A stretch of DNA of 64,000 bases, taken from contig CANLEQ010000007.1 in the NCBI GenBank assembly GCA_947489705.1, positions 93,937 to 157,936 of the forward strand, written 5' to 3'. The notes below the pieces were generated by a model that worked only from the letters and a program-made list of their open reading frames with translations, was not told the DNA's origin and did no database searches. The stretch comes from an uncultured Rhodobacteraceae bacterium (GTDB taxonomy: Bacteria; Pseudomonadota; Alphaproteobacteria; Rhodobacterales; Rhodobacteraceae). A program made the translations under genes and the position numbers. This document shows positions 8,377-19,118 of the stretch, in pieces (the stretch's first letter is position 1; each line of letters starts with the position of its first letter).

Positions 8377-9399
8377 TCACGACATATGCCTGTCCTGCCG
8401 GCGGACCATTGCGGCATTGACCAGCCGCTCTGGGAACATGCTGGCACGGGCGAGCTTGCGGGCGAGCTTGTCGTTCTTGCCGATGACGGGCACGCCGCGC
8501 ATCAGGGGCACCAGCATGCCCTGCATCCGGCGCATGGCATAGATCCCCTTCTTCGACTGCACGTAATCGGGCTTCGTGCGCAGACCCCACTTGGCGATGA
8601 AATGCTCCAGGCTGCGGGTGCCGTAGGCATCCGACCAGCGCAGCGCGAAGAACGGCCAATCCTCGCGGTTCATCGGTCGCGCGCGGCAGGGGAAGACGTA
8701 AGTCACGACCGAGGCGGGCTCGAACCAGACGGTGCCGCCGGCCTGGCGCACGCTCATCGAGAAGTCGATATGCTCCTTGGTCGACATCAGCTTCTCGTCG
8801 AGCGGTCCGACCTTGTCGAAGACGCTCCGCCGCGCCAGGGCGCAGTGGAACTCGCACATTCCGGTCTCCTTGCGCTCGAGCCGGTCCTGCCAGTCCGAGA
8901 CCTTCTCGGCATGGCCGTGCATCACCTCGTCGAAGGCGCGGCCGAGTTCGGGATTGCCCTCGAAGAAGCCGGCCATGTCGCCGCCCTCCGCGTAATCGCC
9001 GCCGGCATGGTGGATCTCGGTATGGGCGGGCATCCCCTGACAGGTGAGAGGCGCCACGATGTCGGCCCCGGTCTCGTCGGCGCAGGCGACCAGCGGCTCG
9101 AGCCAGTTGTCGGTAAAGAGCACGTCATTGTCGATGAAGACGACATAATCCGTCTTCGCTTCGGCAACACCGATATTGCGCGCCTGATTGGGGGTCAGGA
9201 ACCGCTCCTTGCGAATCAGGCGGAAGCCGCGCGTATCGGCCTCGCGGCGCAGCACCTCCGCCACGCGCGGCGGCGAATTGCCGTCCACGTAGATCACGTC
9301 CATGCCCGTAGTATGGGCATAGAGGCTTTCGAGCGATTCTTCGGTCATGCCGAAACGCTCGCGCTGGGTGATGATGATCGTCACTCGTGGGTCGGTCAT
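8377..9399 (-). CDS. Glycosyltransferase family 2
   Basis: VTIIITQRER, YVDGNS, ARNIG, VVFIDND (DxD); ATGA-coupled to upstream GT4. Confidence 0.9.
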   Translation of the reverse strand: MTDPRVTIIITQRERFGMTEESLESLYAHTTGMDVIYVDGNSPPRVAEVLRREADTRGFRLIRKERFLTPNQARNIGVAEAKTDYVVFIDNDVLFTDNWLEPLVACADETGADIVAPLTCQGMPAHTEIHHAGGDYAEGGDMAGFFEGNPELGRAFDEVMHGHAEKVSDWQDRLERKETGMCEFHCALARRSVFDKVGPLDEKLMSTKEHIDFSMSVRQAGGTVWFEPASVVTYVFPCRARPMNREDWPFFALRWSDAYGTRSLEHFIAKWGLRTKPDYVQSKKGIYAMRRMQGMLVPLMRGVPVIGKNDKLARKLARASMFPERLVNAAMVRRQDRHMS

Positions 9400-10646
9400 G
9401 CCCGGTCTCTCCTGATGGTGAGCGCGCGCCGGTAGGCACGGAGCGTATCGTCGAGAATACGCCTTCGGTCGAACTCTTCCAAGACCTTCCGGCGACCGGA
9501 GGTTCCCAGCGCCTCCCAATCGGCGGGCCTGTCGATCATTCGGGCGATCGCCTCGGCAAGTGCCTGCGGATCGCGCTCGGGGACGAGATCGCCGTTCTCG
9601 CCGGGGATCACCAGTTCGGGGATGCCGCCGTGATAGGTTCCGATGACCGGCAGGCCGGTCGCCATCGCCTCCTTGGCGGTGTTGACGTTGGCGTCCTCGT
9701 CGCCAGAGGCTGCCCGCACCGACGGGGCGAGCGCGATATCGGCGCGGTGCAGGGCCGCGATGACCTCGGCGCGCGTGGCCGCGCCCGCAAGGGTGACGTG
9801 GCGCCCGAGGTTAGCGGCGGCGATCTGCGCCTCGAGGGCGGGCCGCAGATCGCCGTCGCCCAGGATCTCGAGCGTCACCTCGCGACCATCGCGCACCAGC
9901 CGCTCCACCGCCGCGATGGCGTCGGTGAAGCCCTTCTTTTCGACGAGGCGGCCCACGGCGACCAGCCGGACCGGACCCGCGGGCCGCGTGCGACGGGCCG
10001 GCGGGCTGAAGGCGTCGGTGTCGATGGGCGAGCCGATCACGGTGATCTTGTCGGCGGGACATCCGAGCGCCACGGCCTTGTCGCGGAAATAGGCGCAATT
10101 CGCGACGAAGAGATCCGCCTCGCGGAAGAGCCGCTCGTAGATGCGCGGCCCGTTCTCCTCGACATGGCGGGTGATGTCGTAGCCCCTCAGATGCACCACC
10201 AGCGCGCGGGTCCGGAGCGTGCCGAGATTGCGGTGCCGCATCGCGACGAGCCCCAATATGCCGAACTGCGCATGAACCACGTCGAAATCGGGCGTCGCCG
10301 CCATCAGCCGCGTGACCGCGAGCCGCGCGGGCGCGACCCGGTCGGCCAGCGCCAGCCCCGCGAGGCCCGCGGCACGGCGCGGCGCCGCGCGGCCGAGTGC
10401 GGCCAGCCGGCGGGGCGACAGCCGCCCCTCGTGGCGCGCCCGCGTCACCCGCGCCTCGAGGGCGCCGTGATCGCCGAGGATGTCCTCGCGCGGCGGCGGG
10501 CTATCGGCATCCGTCGCGAGGATGTACAGGTCCTGCCCCGTCCGCAAAAGCTCGGCGGCGAGCGTGGTCACGAAGGTTTCCGAGATGACGGGAAACGCGT
10601 GGACCATGAGGGCGACGCGGAGCGGCGGTCCCTCGGGACCGCTCAT
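9396..10646 (-). CDS. Glycosyltransferase family 4 (WcaL-like)
   Basis: FPVISETFV, HAQFG, RGYD, VGRLVEKKG, EAMATGLPVIGTYHGGIPE. Confidence 0.92.
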   Translation of the reverse strand: MSGPEGPPLRVALMVHAFPVISETFVTTLAAELLRTGQDLYILATDADSPPPREDILGDHGALEARVTRARHEGRLSPRRLAALGRAAPRRAAGLAGLALADRVAPARLAVTRLMAATPDFDVVHAQFGILGLVAMRHRNLGTLRTRALVVHLRGYDITRHVEENGPRIYERLFREADLFVANCAYFRDKAVALGCPADKITVIGSPIDTDAFSPPARRTRPAGPVRLVAVGRLVEKKGFTDAIAAVERLVRDGREVTLEILGDGDLRPALEAQIAAANLGRHVTLAGAATRAEVIAALHRADIALAPSVRAASGDEDANVNTAKEAMATGLPVIGTYHGGIPELVIPGENGDLVPERDPQALAEAIARMIDRPADWEALGTSGRRKVLEEFDRRRILDDTLRAYRRALTIRRDRA

Positions 10647-11602
10647 GCCCCGCCTCCCGCGCGCCGACGCAGCGCGTCGTGCATCGGCCGCGGCAGCAGG
10701 CTCGCCATCGCAGCGAGCGTCCGGACCCGCGCCATCGGATCGCGCAACGCCGCACGCGGATCGCGCCGCCAGCTGCGCGCGACGAGGCGGCGCGCCGCGG
10801 CGTAGTCGCCGCCCTGATAGGCGAGCGTCGCCCAGTAGATCAGGTTGCGCGCCTCGGCGCGGCGCAGATCGTCCGGGGCCAGGCCCTCTCCGGCCTCGGA
10901 CATCTTGTCGAGCACGCGGTGCCAGTTGGCCTCCATTCGCGCCCAGTCGGCGGTAATCTGCCCGGATCTCTTGCGGTAATCGGCAAGCGGCTCGGGCACG
11001 ATCGCGGCCGCCGTGCCGCGGCCGGCCATCAACCGCACGAACCAGTCGAGGTCGATGCATCCCGACAGCGTCGTGTCGAACGGCCCGGTCGCACGCGCGG
11101 CGTCGGCACGGACCATGACACCCGTCGCGCTGTGCAGCGGGCCGCGCACCATCAGCGAGTGCGCGTCGTGCCGCAATCCGCCGGGCTCCGAAATCACCCC
11201 GATCGGCCGTCCCTGGGTGTCGACATAGCGCCAGAGCGGCGCTGCGAGCACGAGAGCGCGATCGGAATCGAACGTCGCCACCAGCCGCGCCACCAGATCG
11301 GCATCGAGCCGGTCATCGGCATCGAGAAAGCAGATGAAGTCGCCCCGCGCCCGTTCGAGCCCGGCATTGCGCGCCGCCGCGGCGCCGCCCTGCGGCTGGC
11401 TGTGGACGACCATGCGGCGTCCCTCGCCGGTCCAGGATGCGGCCAAACGCTCGAGGATCTCGCCCGTACCGTCGCCCGAGCCGTCATCGATCGCCACGAG
11501 CTCGAGGTTCGGCCAGCTCTGCGCCGCGGCGGACGCGACCGCCTCGGTGGCGAACCCGGCGACGTCGTGGGCAGGCATCAGGATGGTGACCAATTGTTTC
11601 AC
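10643..11602 (-). CDS. Glycosyltransferase family 2
   Basis: VTILMPAHD, IDDGSGD, ARNAGL, FLDADD; GTG start at 11602 inferred. Confidence 0.9.
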   Translation of the reverse strand: MKQLVTILMPAHDVAGFATEAVASAAAQSWPNLELVAIDDGSGDGTGEILERLAASWTGEGRRMVVHSQPQGGAAAARNAGLERARGDFICFLDADDRLDADLVARLVATFDSDRALVLAAPLWRYVDTQGRPIGVISEPGGLRHDAHSLMVRGPLHSATGVMVRADAARATGPFDTTLSGCIDLDWFVRLMAGRGTAAAIVPEPLADYRKRSGQITADWARMEANWHRVLDKMSEAGEGLAPDDLRRAEARNLIYWATLAYQGGDYAAARRLVARSWRRDPRAALRDPMARVRTLAAMASLLPRPMHDALRRRAGGGA

Positions 11603-11777
11603 GACGTAATCCTGTCTTAATACCGATACGCAACTGTACCCATACCATATCGCGGGCGCGGTGCATCCATTGACGCGCGCCGCAGAGATGCCAATACCTG
11701 GCCCCGATGGTGCGGGGCATGTACGACCCGAGCTGAACAGACCCTCCATACCCCGACGCGACGCCAAGGATCAGGAC

Positions 11778-12668
11778 ATGAGCGAAAATTCCGTGGCAGT
11801 CATCATCCCGAGCTACAACAGGCCTGACAGGCTCGAGGCCTGCCTGAAGGCGCTGATCGACGATCCGGCGGGGGGATTCGACGTGATCGTGGTCGATGAC
11901 GGCTCGCCCGAGCCGCTCGGCCCCGTCTGCGCGGCGTTCGGGCCCCGCGTCCGGTGCGTCCGGCAGGAGAACCGCGGCCCGGCGGCGGCGCGCAACAGGG
12001 GCGTCGCCGAGAGCGACGCGCGCCTCGTGGTCTTCACCGACGACGATTGCCGGCCCGCGCCGGGCTGGGTCGCGGCGATATGCGCGGCCCAGGGCGGCGA
12101 TGCCGACCGTCTCGTGGGCGGCCGCGTGGTCAACCTCCTGGAGCGCAACGTCTATGCCACCGCCAGCCAGACGCTCTGCGACTTCCTCTACGACTATTTC
12201 GACGCCGAATCCGGCGACATGCCGTTCTTCACGTCCAACAACATCGCCTGCGACCGGCAAAGGTTCGAGGCGATGGGCGGCTTCGACGAGAGCTTTCCGC
12301 TGGCCGCGGCAGAGGATCGCGATTTCGGGCTGCGCTGGCGCGCGACGGGCGGCACGCTGGTCTTCGCGCCCGATGCGGTGGTCGGCCACGCCCACGCCCT
12401 GTCGTTCCGCAGCTTCCTGCGCCAGCACAGCAATTACGGGCGCGGCGCGCGGCATCTGCACGAGGTGATGGACGACCGCGGCGATTACCGGCCCAGGCTG
12501 GAACGGTTGCGGTTCTACGGCGATCTGGTGCGCTATCCGATCGGGAATGGCGGGCGCCGCAAGATCTCGCAATCGGCCCTGCTGTTGCTGTCGCAGGCGG
12601 CGATGGTGTCGGGCTATGTCCGGCAGCACCGCGCTCAGCGCGCGGGACGCAATCGCTCGAAGAGCTGA
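11778..12668 (+). CDS. Glycosyltransferase family 2
   Basis: VIIPSYNR, VVDDGS, GPAAARNRG, FTDDD, GGFDESF, AAEDRD. Confidence 0.92.
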   Translation: MSENSVAVIIPSYNRPDRLEACLKALIDDPAGGFDVIVVDDGSPEPLGPVCAAFGPRVRCVRQENRGPAAARNRGVAESDARLVVFTDDDCRPAPGWVAAICAAQGGDADRLVGGRVVNLLERNVYATASQTLCDFLYDYFDAESGDMPFFTSNNIACDRQRFEAMGGFDESFPLAAAEDRDFGLRWRATGGTLVFAPDAVVGHAHALSFRSFLRQHSNYGRGARHLHEVMDDRGDYRPRLERLRFYGDLVRYPIGNGGRRKISQSALLLLSQAAMVSGYVRQHRAQRAGRNRSKS

Positions 12669-13621
12669 ACCTGCGCGTAACCCGCCAGCGCCGCCGCATT
12701 GTGCAGCGCATGATAGAAGACCGCCCGCACGGCCAGTCCGATCCCCCCGGCGCGCGCCAGAAAGGCGAGGAACGCCGCGTTGAGCGCGACGAACCCCGCG
12801 ACGAGGGCAAGTGCCACCAGCAGCGCGGGCCACCAGAAGATCCCCGTCAGCACCGCGAGCGGAAACGCCGCGACGAGCAGGGCCGAGAACCGCCGCGGCC
12901 CCGTCAGGTTGAGATCGCCCGTACCGGTGCGCCCCGAACCCAGCAGCCGCGTCCACGGCACCGCCCGGCCCCTGCGGTCGGTGCGCATCATGCCGCCGAT
13001 CGTCCAGTCCTTGAGATGGGTACAGAGCAGCTCGCGGTCGAGCCGGATCCGCCCGCCATCGGCCGACATGCGCAGCCCGAGTTCGACATCCTCGATATCC
13101 TCCCAGGCGGGATCGAGCCCGCCCGCCGCCTCGAAGGCCGCGCGCCTGACCGCGCCGAAGCCCGTCCAGAAGGTCGCGGCATCGGGCCGCGACGTCTGGT
13201 GGACCCAGTGGTGCAGGAGGTTGCGATACCGGCTGACCGCGCGTTGCGAGGCGGGCGGGTGCGCGTCGTAGGAGCCGAAGATCGCCACGTGATCGGGATG
13301 CCGCGCGAAGAAGTCGAGGATCCGGTCGCGCGCGCCGGGGGCGATCAGGACGTCCGCGTCGACGAAGACCACGATGTCGGAGGAGGTCTCCGCGACGCCC
13401 GCGTTGCGCGCCCGCGCCGGGCGCAGAGGCGTCTCGTTGCGCACCACGCGCACCCCGCGGCCGCGGGCGATTTGACCCGTCGCGTCGCGCGATCCGTCAT
13501 CGACGACCAGGATCTCGGCCAGGCCGAAGCCGGCCGCCGCGATCGCGTCGACGCACGCACCGATATCGGCCTCGGCCTGATGGGCCGGCACGACGACGCA
13601 GAGGCTCGGGGCGGCGATCAT
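12635..13621 (-). CDS. Glycosyltransferase family 2 with C-terminal membrane helices
   Basis: [30 protein letters not shown]; hydrophobic C-terminus. Confidence 0.9.
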   Translation of the reverse strand: MIAAPSLCVVVPAHQAEADIGACVDAIAAAGFGLAEILVVDDGSRDATGQIARGRGVRVVRNETPLRPARARNAGVAETSSDIVVFVDADVLIAPGARDRILDFFARHPDHVAIFGSYDAHPPASQRAVSRYRNLLHHWVHQTSRPDAATFWTGFGAVRRAAFEAAGGLDPAWEDIEDVELGLRMSADGGRIRLDRELLCTHLKDWTIGGMMRTDRRGRAVPWTRLLGSGRTGTGDLNLTGPRRFSALLVAAFPLAVLTGIFWWPALLVALALVAGFVALNAAFLAFLARAGGIGLAVRAVFYHALHNAAALAGYAQVQLFERLRPAR

Positions 13622-14592
13622 GCGTGTTCCGCGATTTCCGCGAGGCGCTGCTTCATGAAGGCCATGGTGTTCTCGAGACCCTCGGCCAGCTCGACCCGCG
13701 GCGCCCAGTCGAGAAGCGTCCCCGCGAGCGTGATGTCGGGCTTGCGCTGCCGCGGATCGTCGCGCGGCAGCGGTCGTTCGACCGTACCGGCCGTCGATCC
13801 GGTCAGCGTCAGGACATGCTCGGCCAGTTCGGCCATGGTGAATTCGTTGGGATTGCCGAGATTGACCGGCCCCGTCACCTCGGGCCCCGTCGCCATCAGC
13901 CGCACCAGCCCCTCGACGAGATCGTCGACATAGCAGAAGGACCGCGTCTGTCGCCCGTCGCCGAAGAGGGTGATCGCCTCGCCGCGCAGCCCCTGCACGA
14001 GGAAGTTCGACACGACGCGCCCGTCGGCGTGATGCATCCGCGGACCGTAGGTGTTGAAGATGCGGGCCACCTTGATCTCGACCCCATGCTGGCGGTGATA
14101 GTCGAAGAACAGCGTCTCGGCGCAGCGCTTGCCCTCGTCGTAGCACGAGCGCGGGCCGACCGGGTTGACGTTGCCCCAGTAGCTCTCGACCTGCGGATGG
14201 ATGTCGGGATCGCCGTAGACCTCGGAGGTCGATGCCTGAAGCACCTTGCATTTGAGCCGCTTGGCCAGGCCCAGCACGTTGATGGCGCCGTGCACGGATG
14301 TCTTGGTCGTCTGCACCGGGTCGTGCTGGTAATGCACGGGCGATGCGGGACAGGCGAGGTTGTAGATCTCGTCGACCTCGACATAGAGCGGGAAGGTCAC
14401 GTCGTGGCGGACGAACTCGAACCGCGGGTGATTGTGCAGATGCTCGATGTTGCGCTTGGTGCCGGTGAAGAGGTTGTCGACGCACAGCACCTCGTGCCCC
14501 TGCTCCAGCAGGCGGTCGACGAGGTGCGATCCGATGAAGCCTGCCCCGCCGGTGACGAGGATGCGCTTTCGGCTGTCGTAGAGTCGGGTCAA
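13618..14592 (-). CDS. uxs: UDP-glucuronate decarboxylase (UDP-xylose synthase)
   Basis: [53 protein letters not shown] start with AAGGAG RBS. Confidence 0.93.
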   Translation of the reverse strand: MTRLYDSRKRILVTGGAGFIGSHLVDRLLEQGHEVLCVDNLFTGTKRNIEHLHNHPRFEFVRHDVTFPLYVEVDEIYNLACPASPVHYQHDPVQTTKTSVHGAINVLGLAKRLKCKVLQASTSEVYGDPDIHPQVESYWGNVNPVGPRSCYDEGKRCAETLFFDYHRQHGVEIKVARIFNTYGPRMHHADGRVVSNFLVQGLRGEAITLFGDGRQTRSFCYVDDLVEGLVRLMATGPEVTGPVNLGNPNEFTMAELAEHVLTLTGSTAGTVERPLPRDDPRQRKPDITLAGTLLDWAPRVELAEGLENTMAFMKQRLAEIAEHA

Positions 14593-16100
14593 GGCGATCT
14601 CCTTGGGATCGGCGTCGCGGTGTCGCTTGCGGTCCGGGCCTGCCGCATCCAGGTCACGAGCGCCAGCGCCGGAACGATCCAGATCAGCCGCGACTGATAC
14701 CGGTCGACGGGCGCCGACAACCCGCCGAAGATGAGAGCGTTGCCCAGGATGCCGGCGAGACAGACGATGAGGGCAACGCCTTCGGGTCGTGTATAGGACC
14801 GCCGGACGGCAAACCAGAGCGCAAGCGCGAAACCCAGCGCGGTGCCGATCTTGACGACGATATCGAACACGTCGAAGGCGGCGTATTCCGCGCGGTTCTC
14901 TTCGGTGAACCTGAAGGGGGGCCAGCGTTCCATGTCGAGGTCGAAAGGCGGGTAGAGCTCGTCGGTCCCGACCGCCACGATCTGGCGCAGCGCGTTGCCG
15001 AACAGCGCCTCGGACTGCCGCAGCGGGTAGGCGAGAAAGCTGCGCCACAGGATCGTCGCCTCCTCGTCGCGGATCTGATCGAGCTCGTTGGAGGTCAGTC
15101 CCTCGATCCCGTCGGTCGAGAACAGGAACGACTGGATGGTGTCGGGGATCTCGGGCATGATCCGGCAGATTTCCAGATCGCGGGCCTCGGGACAGGCGGA
15201 GAGCAAATAATCGTGGGCCGGACCGTCGGCGATCGACCGTGCCAGCAGGATCGGCAAGCGCTTGGGTGCGATGCTCGCCTCGCCCACCACCGCCTGGCTG
15301 CCGACGAGGTTGACGGCCATGGTGAGCACGACCGGCAGGACGGCGAAGGCGACGTGCCAGATCGCGAGGCGCCGCCGCCAGAGCCGCAGCGCGACCACGG
15401 TCACGGCAAGCCCCGCCGCGAGCGGGATGTACCCGTAATGCGACGATACCGCGAACGTGGCGAGCGCCAGGAAGGCGACACGCCAGCCCCATCCCAGAAC
15501 GTCGCCCCGGTCGGCGAGGATCGCATAACAGAGCACCACCCCCGCCGCGAGGAGGTCGGGCATCGCGTAGGAGGCGTGCCACGGCAGCGTCGTCAGCGCC
15601 GCCATGAAGAGAATCGCCGCAGAGATGCGCCGCGGGCTCGAGAGCGCCGCGCGCGGGATCAGCGCGAAGAGCGCAAGGAGCGTCATCGTCGTCTGCAGGA
15701 CGACGGTCAGCACCAGGCCCGTGGGCAACCGCGAGCTCAAATAGACGAAGAGCGAGTAAATCGACGATCGCAATTGCCGCACGCCCTCGCCCGGGTCGGG
15801 GACGGTAGCGGCGGCGGTGCCGGCCTCGGCGGTGCCTTGCCCCGGCCCCGGCAGGACCTCGGGCGCGGCATAGGGGTGGATCTCGAGGAGATCGAGTGCC
15901 AGCCGCCAGACCTTCGATCCGTCACCGAGATAGGGCAGCGTGTCGAAGAAGACGAGCGGCCCGGGCACCACCAGCATCGGCCAGCAGAGCAGCACCGACA
16001 GCAGGAAGGCCGCCCCCGCGCCGCGCCACGACAAAAGCGGCGTGGCGCTTTCGTCCGACGGCCATTCGCCGGCACGATTCGCATGGGTGCCGAACGTCAT
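14589..16100 (-). CDS. Polytopic membrane protein, GT-C/polymerase-like
   Basis: Roughly 11-12 hydrophobic segments, acidic first loop (FFDTLPYL), MPD and DRYQSR motifs, large periplasmic loop; coupled to uxs. Confidence 0.6.
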   Translation of the reverse strand: MTFGTHANRAGEWPSDESATPLLSWRGAGAAFLLSVLLCWPMLVVPGPLVFFDTLPYLGDGSKVWRLALDLLEIHPYAAPEVLPGPGQGTAEAGTAAATVPDPGEGVRQLRSSIYSLFVYLSSRLPTGLVLTVVLQTTMTLLALFALIPRAALSSPRRISAAILFMAALTTLPWHASYAMPDLLAAGVVLCYAILADRGDVLGWGWRVAFLALATFAVSSHYGYIPLAAGLAVTVVALRLWRRRLAIWHVAFAVLPVVLTMAVNLVGSQAVVGEASIAPKRLPILLARSIADGPAHDYLLSACPEARDLEICRIMPEIPDTIQSFLFSTDGIEGLTSNELDQIRDEEATILWRSFLAYPLRQSEALFGNALRQIVAVGTDELYPPFDLDMERWPPFRFTEENRAEYAAFDVFDIVVKIGTALGFALALWFAVRRSYTRPEGVALIVCLAGILGNALIFGGLSAPVDRYQSRLIWIVPALALVTWMRQARTASDTATPIPRRSP

Positions 16101-16301
16101 CACCCGGAACGCGCGATTCTTCCGAGGCCGACCCGGACGACGTTCGGGCGGAGGCCGCCGCAGCGCAAACAGGCGATGGTCGACCAACCGTTACAAATTC
16201 GTGGTTTCATCTTCAAACGCCTCGTCTCGACAAGATTAAGACATTATCATCCGGCGCCGGATGTGCTAGACACCCTTCCAACCCTCCCGAAAGTTTTTCC
16301 A

Positions 16302-17822
16302 GTGAACACATCTCCTACGACGCTCGCCCAACCCGAGCAGCCGATCGTGATCATCGGCGGTGGCCCGGCCGGCCTCACGGCCGCATACGAACTGCAGAAA
16401 CGCGGTGCGACGCAGCCCGTCCGGGTCTTCGAGGCCGGCACGATGGTGGGCGGGATCTCGCGCACCGAGTCGCACAAGGGCTACCGCTTCGATATCGGCG
16501 GCCACCGGTTCTTCACCAAGGTCACCGAGGTCGAGGACATGTGGACCGAGGTTCTGGGCGACGATTTCATCCTCGTGCCGCGGACCAGCCGGATCTACTA
16601 CAAGGGCCGTTACTTCGACTATCCGCTCAAGATCTTCAACGCCCTGGGCAATCTCGGCCCCTACGAGGCGTCGCGCATCGCGATCTCGTATCTCAAGTGG
16701 AAGGCGCGGCCGCATAGCCGCGAGGACACGTTCGAGGAATGGGTGATCAACCGATTCGGCGGCCGCCTCTACATGCACTTCTTCCGCACCTACACGGAAA
16801 AGGTCTGGGGCATCCCGCCCAACCAGATCCAGGCCGACTGGGCGGCACAGCGCATCAAGAACCTGTCGCTGCCCAAGGCGGTGATGAACGCGCTGACCGG
16901 CGCCAACGACACCGCCTCGCTGATCGAGGAATTCCGCTATCCGCGTCTCGGACCCGGCATGATGTGGGAGCGCGTGACCGAGATCGTCACCGAACGCGGC
17001 GGCCGCGTCGATTTGCAGACCGAGGTTCTGGGCATCCAGCGCGACGGCATGCGCGTCACCTCCGTCGACGTGCGGCCCTGGTCCGAGGACGGCACGCCGC
17101 AGCCGGTCGAGCGGGTCGAGGGCTCGGATTTCGTGAATTCCATGGCGCTCGATGATCTCATCGCCGCGTTCGACCCGCCGCCGCCCGACGAGGTCCGCGC
17201 GGCGGCCGCGCGGCTCGCCTATCGCGATTTCCTGATCGTGACGCTGGTGCTCGACCACGCCGATCCGTTTCCCGACAACTGGATCTACGTGCACAGCTCG
17301 GACGTGAAGGTCGGGCGGATCCAGAACTTCCGCGCCTGGTCGCAGGAGATGCTGGCCGATCCCGAGACGGCGTCGATCGGGATGGAGTATTTCTGCCACG
17401 AAGGCGACGGCCTCTGGTCTATGGAGGATGACGCGCTGCGCGATCTGGCCGCCGCCGAGCTCGAGAAGCTGGGCCTCGCCCCTGCGAAAAGCGTCGTCGA
17501 CTACAAGGTGATCCGCCAGCGCAAGGCCTATCCGGTCTATGACGGGCAGTACCGCGCCGCGCTCGACACGATCGTCGACTGGCTGAAGAAGCTCGAGAAC
17601 TTCCAGACCGTCGGGCGCAACGGACAGCACCGCTACAACAACCAGGATCACTCGATGCTGTCGGCGATGCTGGCCGCGCGCAACATCCTGGGCGAGACGC
17701 ACGATGTCTGGGACGTCAATGTCGAGCGGTCCTACCACGAGGACTTCAAGATCCCCGAGGCTGCCGCCGACGGCAGACCGGCCGATCCGTCGAAATCCCC
17801 GTCGAAGGAGGCCGCCGACTAG
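16302..17822 (+). CDS. FAD-dependent oxidoreductase, UDP-galactopyranose mutase/HemY-like family
   Basis: [55 protein letters not shown] start inferred. Confidence 0.85.
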   Translation: MNTSPTTLAQPEQPIVIIGGGPAGLTAAYELQKRGATQPVRVFEAGTMVGGISRTESHKGYRFDIGGHRFFTKVTEVEDMWTEVLGDDFILVPRTSRIYYKGRYFDYPLKIFNALGNLGPYEASRIAISYLKWKARPHSREDTFEEWVINRFGGRLYMHFFRTYTEKVWGIPPNQIQADWAAQRIKNLSLPKAVMNALTGANDTASLIEEFRYPRLGPGMMWERVTEIVTERGGRVDLQTEVLGIQRDGMRVTSVDVRPWSEDGTPQPVERVEGSDFVNSMALDDLIAAFDPPPPDEVRAAAARLAYRDFLIVTLVLDHADPFPDNWIYVHSSDVKVGRIQNFRAWSQEMLADPETASIGMEYFCHEGDGLWSMEDDALRDLAAAELEKLGLAPAKSVVDYKVIRQRKAYPVYDGQYRAALDTIVDWLKKLENFQTVGRNGQHRYNNQDHSMLSAMLAARNILGETHDVWDVNVERSYHEDFKIPEAAADGRPADPSKSPSKEAAD

Positions 17823-17993
17823 CGGCGCCTCTCCGTGCCCGCCCGGACGCAATCGGACCGATCCGTCCGTTCGCTGCACGATCGGCGGGCACATTCGACG
17901 ACAAGGTGCGGTCGCGTCCCCATCGGGCCTTGAACTTCTCCGCCGAGTACGGTCGTCTGGCACGCGCAATCCTGATTAACGAGCAATCGTCTG

Positions 17994-19118
17994 ATGCAAT
18001 CTCCCCGCCGGTCACGCCTTCGCGCCTGCAGGGCGCCTCTGGGTGCACTCCTTGCGATCGTTCCGGCGGCTGCATGGGCCGATATCGCGAATTTTCTCGA
18101 TCCGCTCGGGCCCATCGCGCGGTTCCAGCGGCTCGAGCTGATCTGGGCCTCGGTGCTCATCCTCATCGCGGTGCTGCCGGTCCTGGTCGGCGCGCCGTGG
18201 ATCCTGTGGCGCTATCGCCGGTCGAATCGCGATGCCGGCTATGCGCCGGGCTGGAGCTTCAACACCCGGCTCGAGATCGCCATGTGGGGCGTGCCGGTCC
18301 TGATCGTCATCGCGCTCGGGATCTGGCTGACGCAGGCGACGGTCCGCATCGATCCCTACCGCGAGATCGACCTCGAGATGGCGGAGGGCTTCGACATCCG
18401 GCTCGAGGGTCCGCCGGTGGCGATCGACACGGTCGGGCTCGACTGGAAATGGCTGCACATCTATCCCGACGAGGGGATCGCGACGGTCGGCGAGCTGGTC
18501 GTGCCCGTGGATCGCCCCGTCACGATGCGTCTGACGACCGACACGGTGATGCAGAGCTTCATGGCTCCGGGGCTCGCCGGGCAGATCTACGCGATGCCGG
18601 GGATGGTGACGCGGCTCAACTTCATCGCCGATCGCGTGGGCGAGACCTTCGCCGAGAATACCCAGTATAACGGCCCCGGTTTCGCCGAACAGCGGTCCCC
18701 CGTCCGCGCGGTGCCGCGCGACGAATACATCCTCTGGACCGCCGCCGCGACCGGCGCGCCGCCCCTCGACGAGCGCGCCTATGCCCGCCTCGCCGCCAGC
18801 GGCACGCTCGACGAGGCGCGCGAGGCCTTTGGCCAGGAGGGCGACGGTCCGCTGGTCTTCACGCTTCCCGACAGGCGCTTGTTCCTGCGGATCGTCGCCC
18901 GCTACGTCACCGGAGAGGCGATCGCGCCCGAGAATCAACCGGGCAGCCCGGTCTACGACCCCGAGACCGCCAGCCTGCCCGATATCGCCGTGGTGTTCGG
19001 CGAGAATGGCCGGCCGCCCTCGACCGGCCCGGCGAGCGACGCCTTCGCCCAGGGCGGAATCTGCGGCGCGCCCGCCGCACTCACGATCGCCAATCTGGGA
19101 GAGCTGCCCGATGGATAA
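17994..19118 (+). CDS. cyoA: Quinol oxidase (heme-copper, bo3-type) subunit II
   Basis: LDPLGPIA, LEIAMWGVP, LDWKWLHIYP, VMQSF.APGLAGQIYAMPGM; no CuA cysteines. Confidence 0.9.
   Translation: MQSPRRSRLRACRAPLGALLAIVPAAAWADIANFLDPLGPIARFQRLELIWASVLILIAVLPVLVGAPWILWRYRRSNRDAGYAPGWSFNTRLEIAMWGVPVLIVIALGIWLTQATVRIDPYREIDLEMAEGFDIRLEGPPVAIDTVGLDWKWLHIYPDEGIATVGELVVPVDRPVTMRLTTDTVMQSFMAPGLAGQIYAMPGMVTRLNFIADRVGETFAENTQYNGPGFAEQRSPVRAVPRDEYILWTAAATGAPPLDERAYARLAASGTLDEAREAFGQEGDGPLVFTLPDRRLFLRIVARYVTGEAIAPENQPGSPVYDPETASLPDIAVVFGENGRPPSTGPASDAFAQGGICGAPAALTIANLGELPDG

Noticed and set aside
12635..12668. 34-bp convergent overlap of two GT2 genes (also the 4-bp pyrD/dinF overlap)
   Set aside because: Common in GC-rich genomes; no sign of special function
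11954..13933. 659-aa plus-strand ORF across the glycosyltransferases
   Set aside because: Shadow frame with no domain motifs; the region is fully explained by GT genes
15213..16301. Apparent 869-aa flavoprotein with long N-terminus
   Set aside because: The extension is antisense to the membrane protein gene; family homology begins near 16302
17931..17960. Possible ECF promoter before cyoA (TGAACTT...CGTCT)
   Set aside because: Spacing is off consensus; too weak to call
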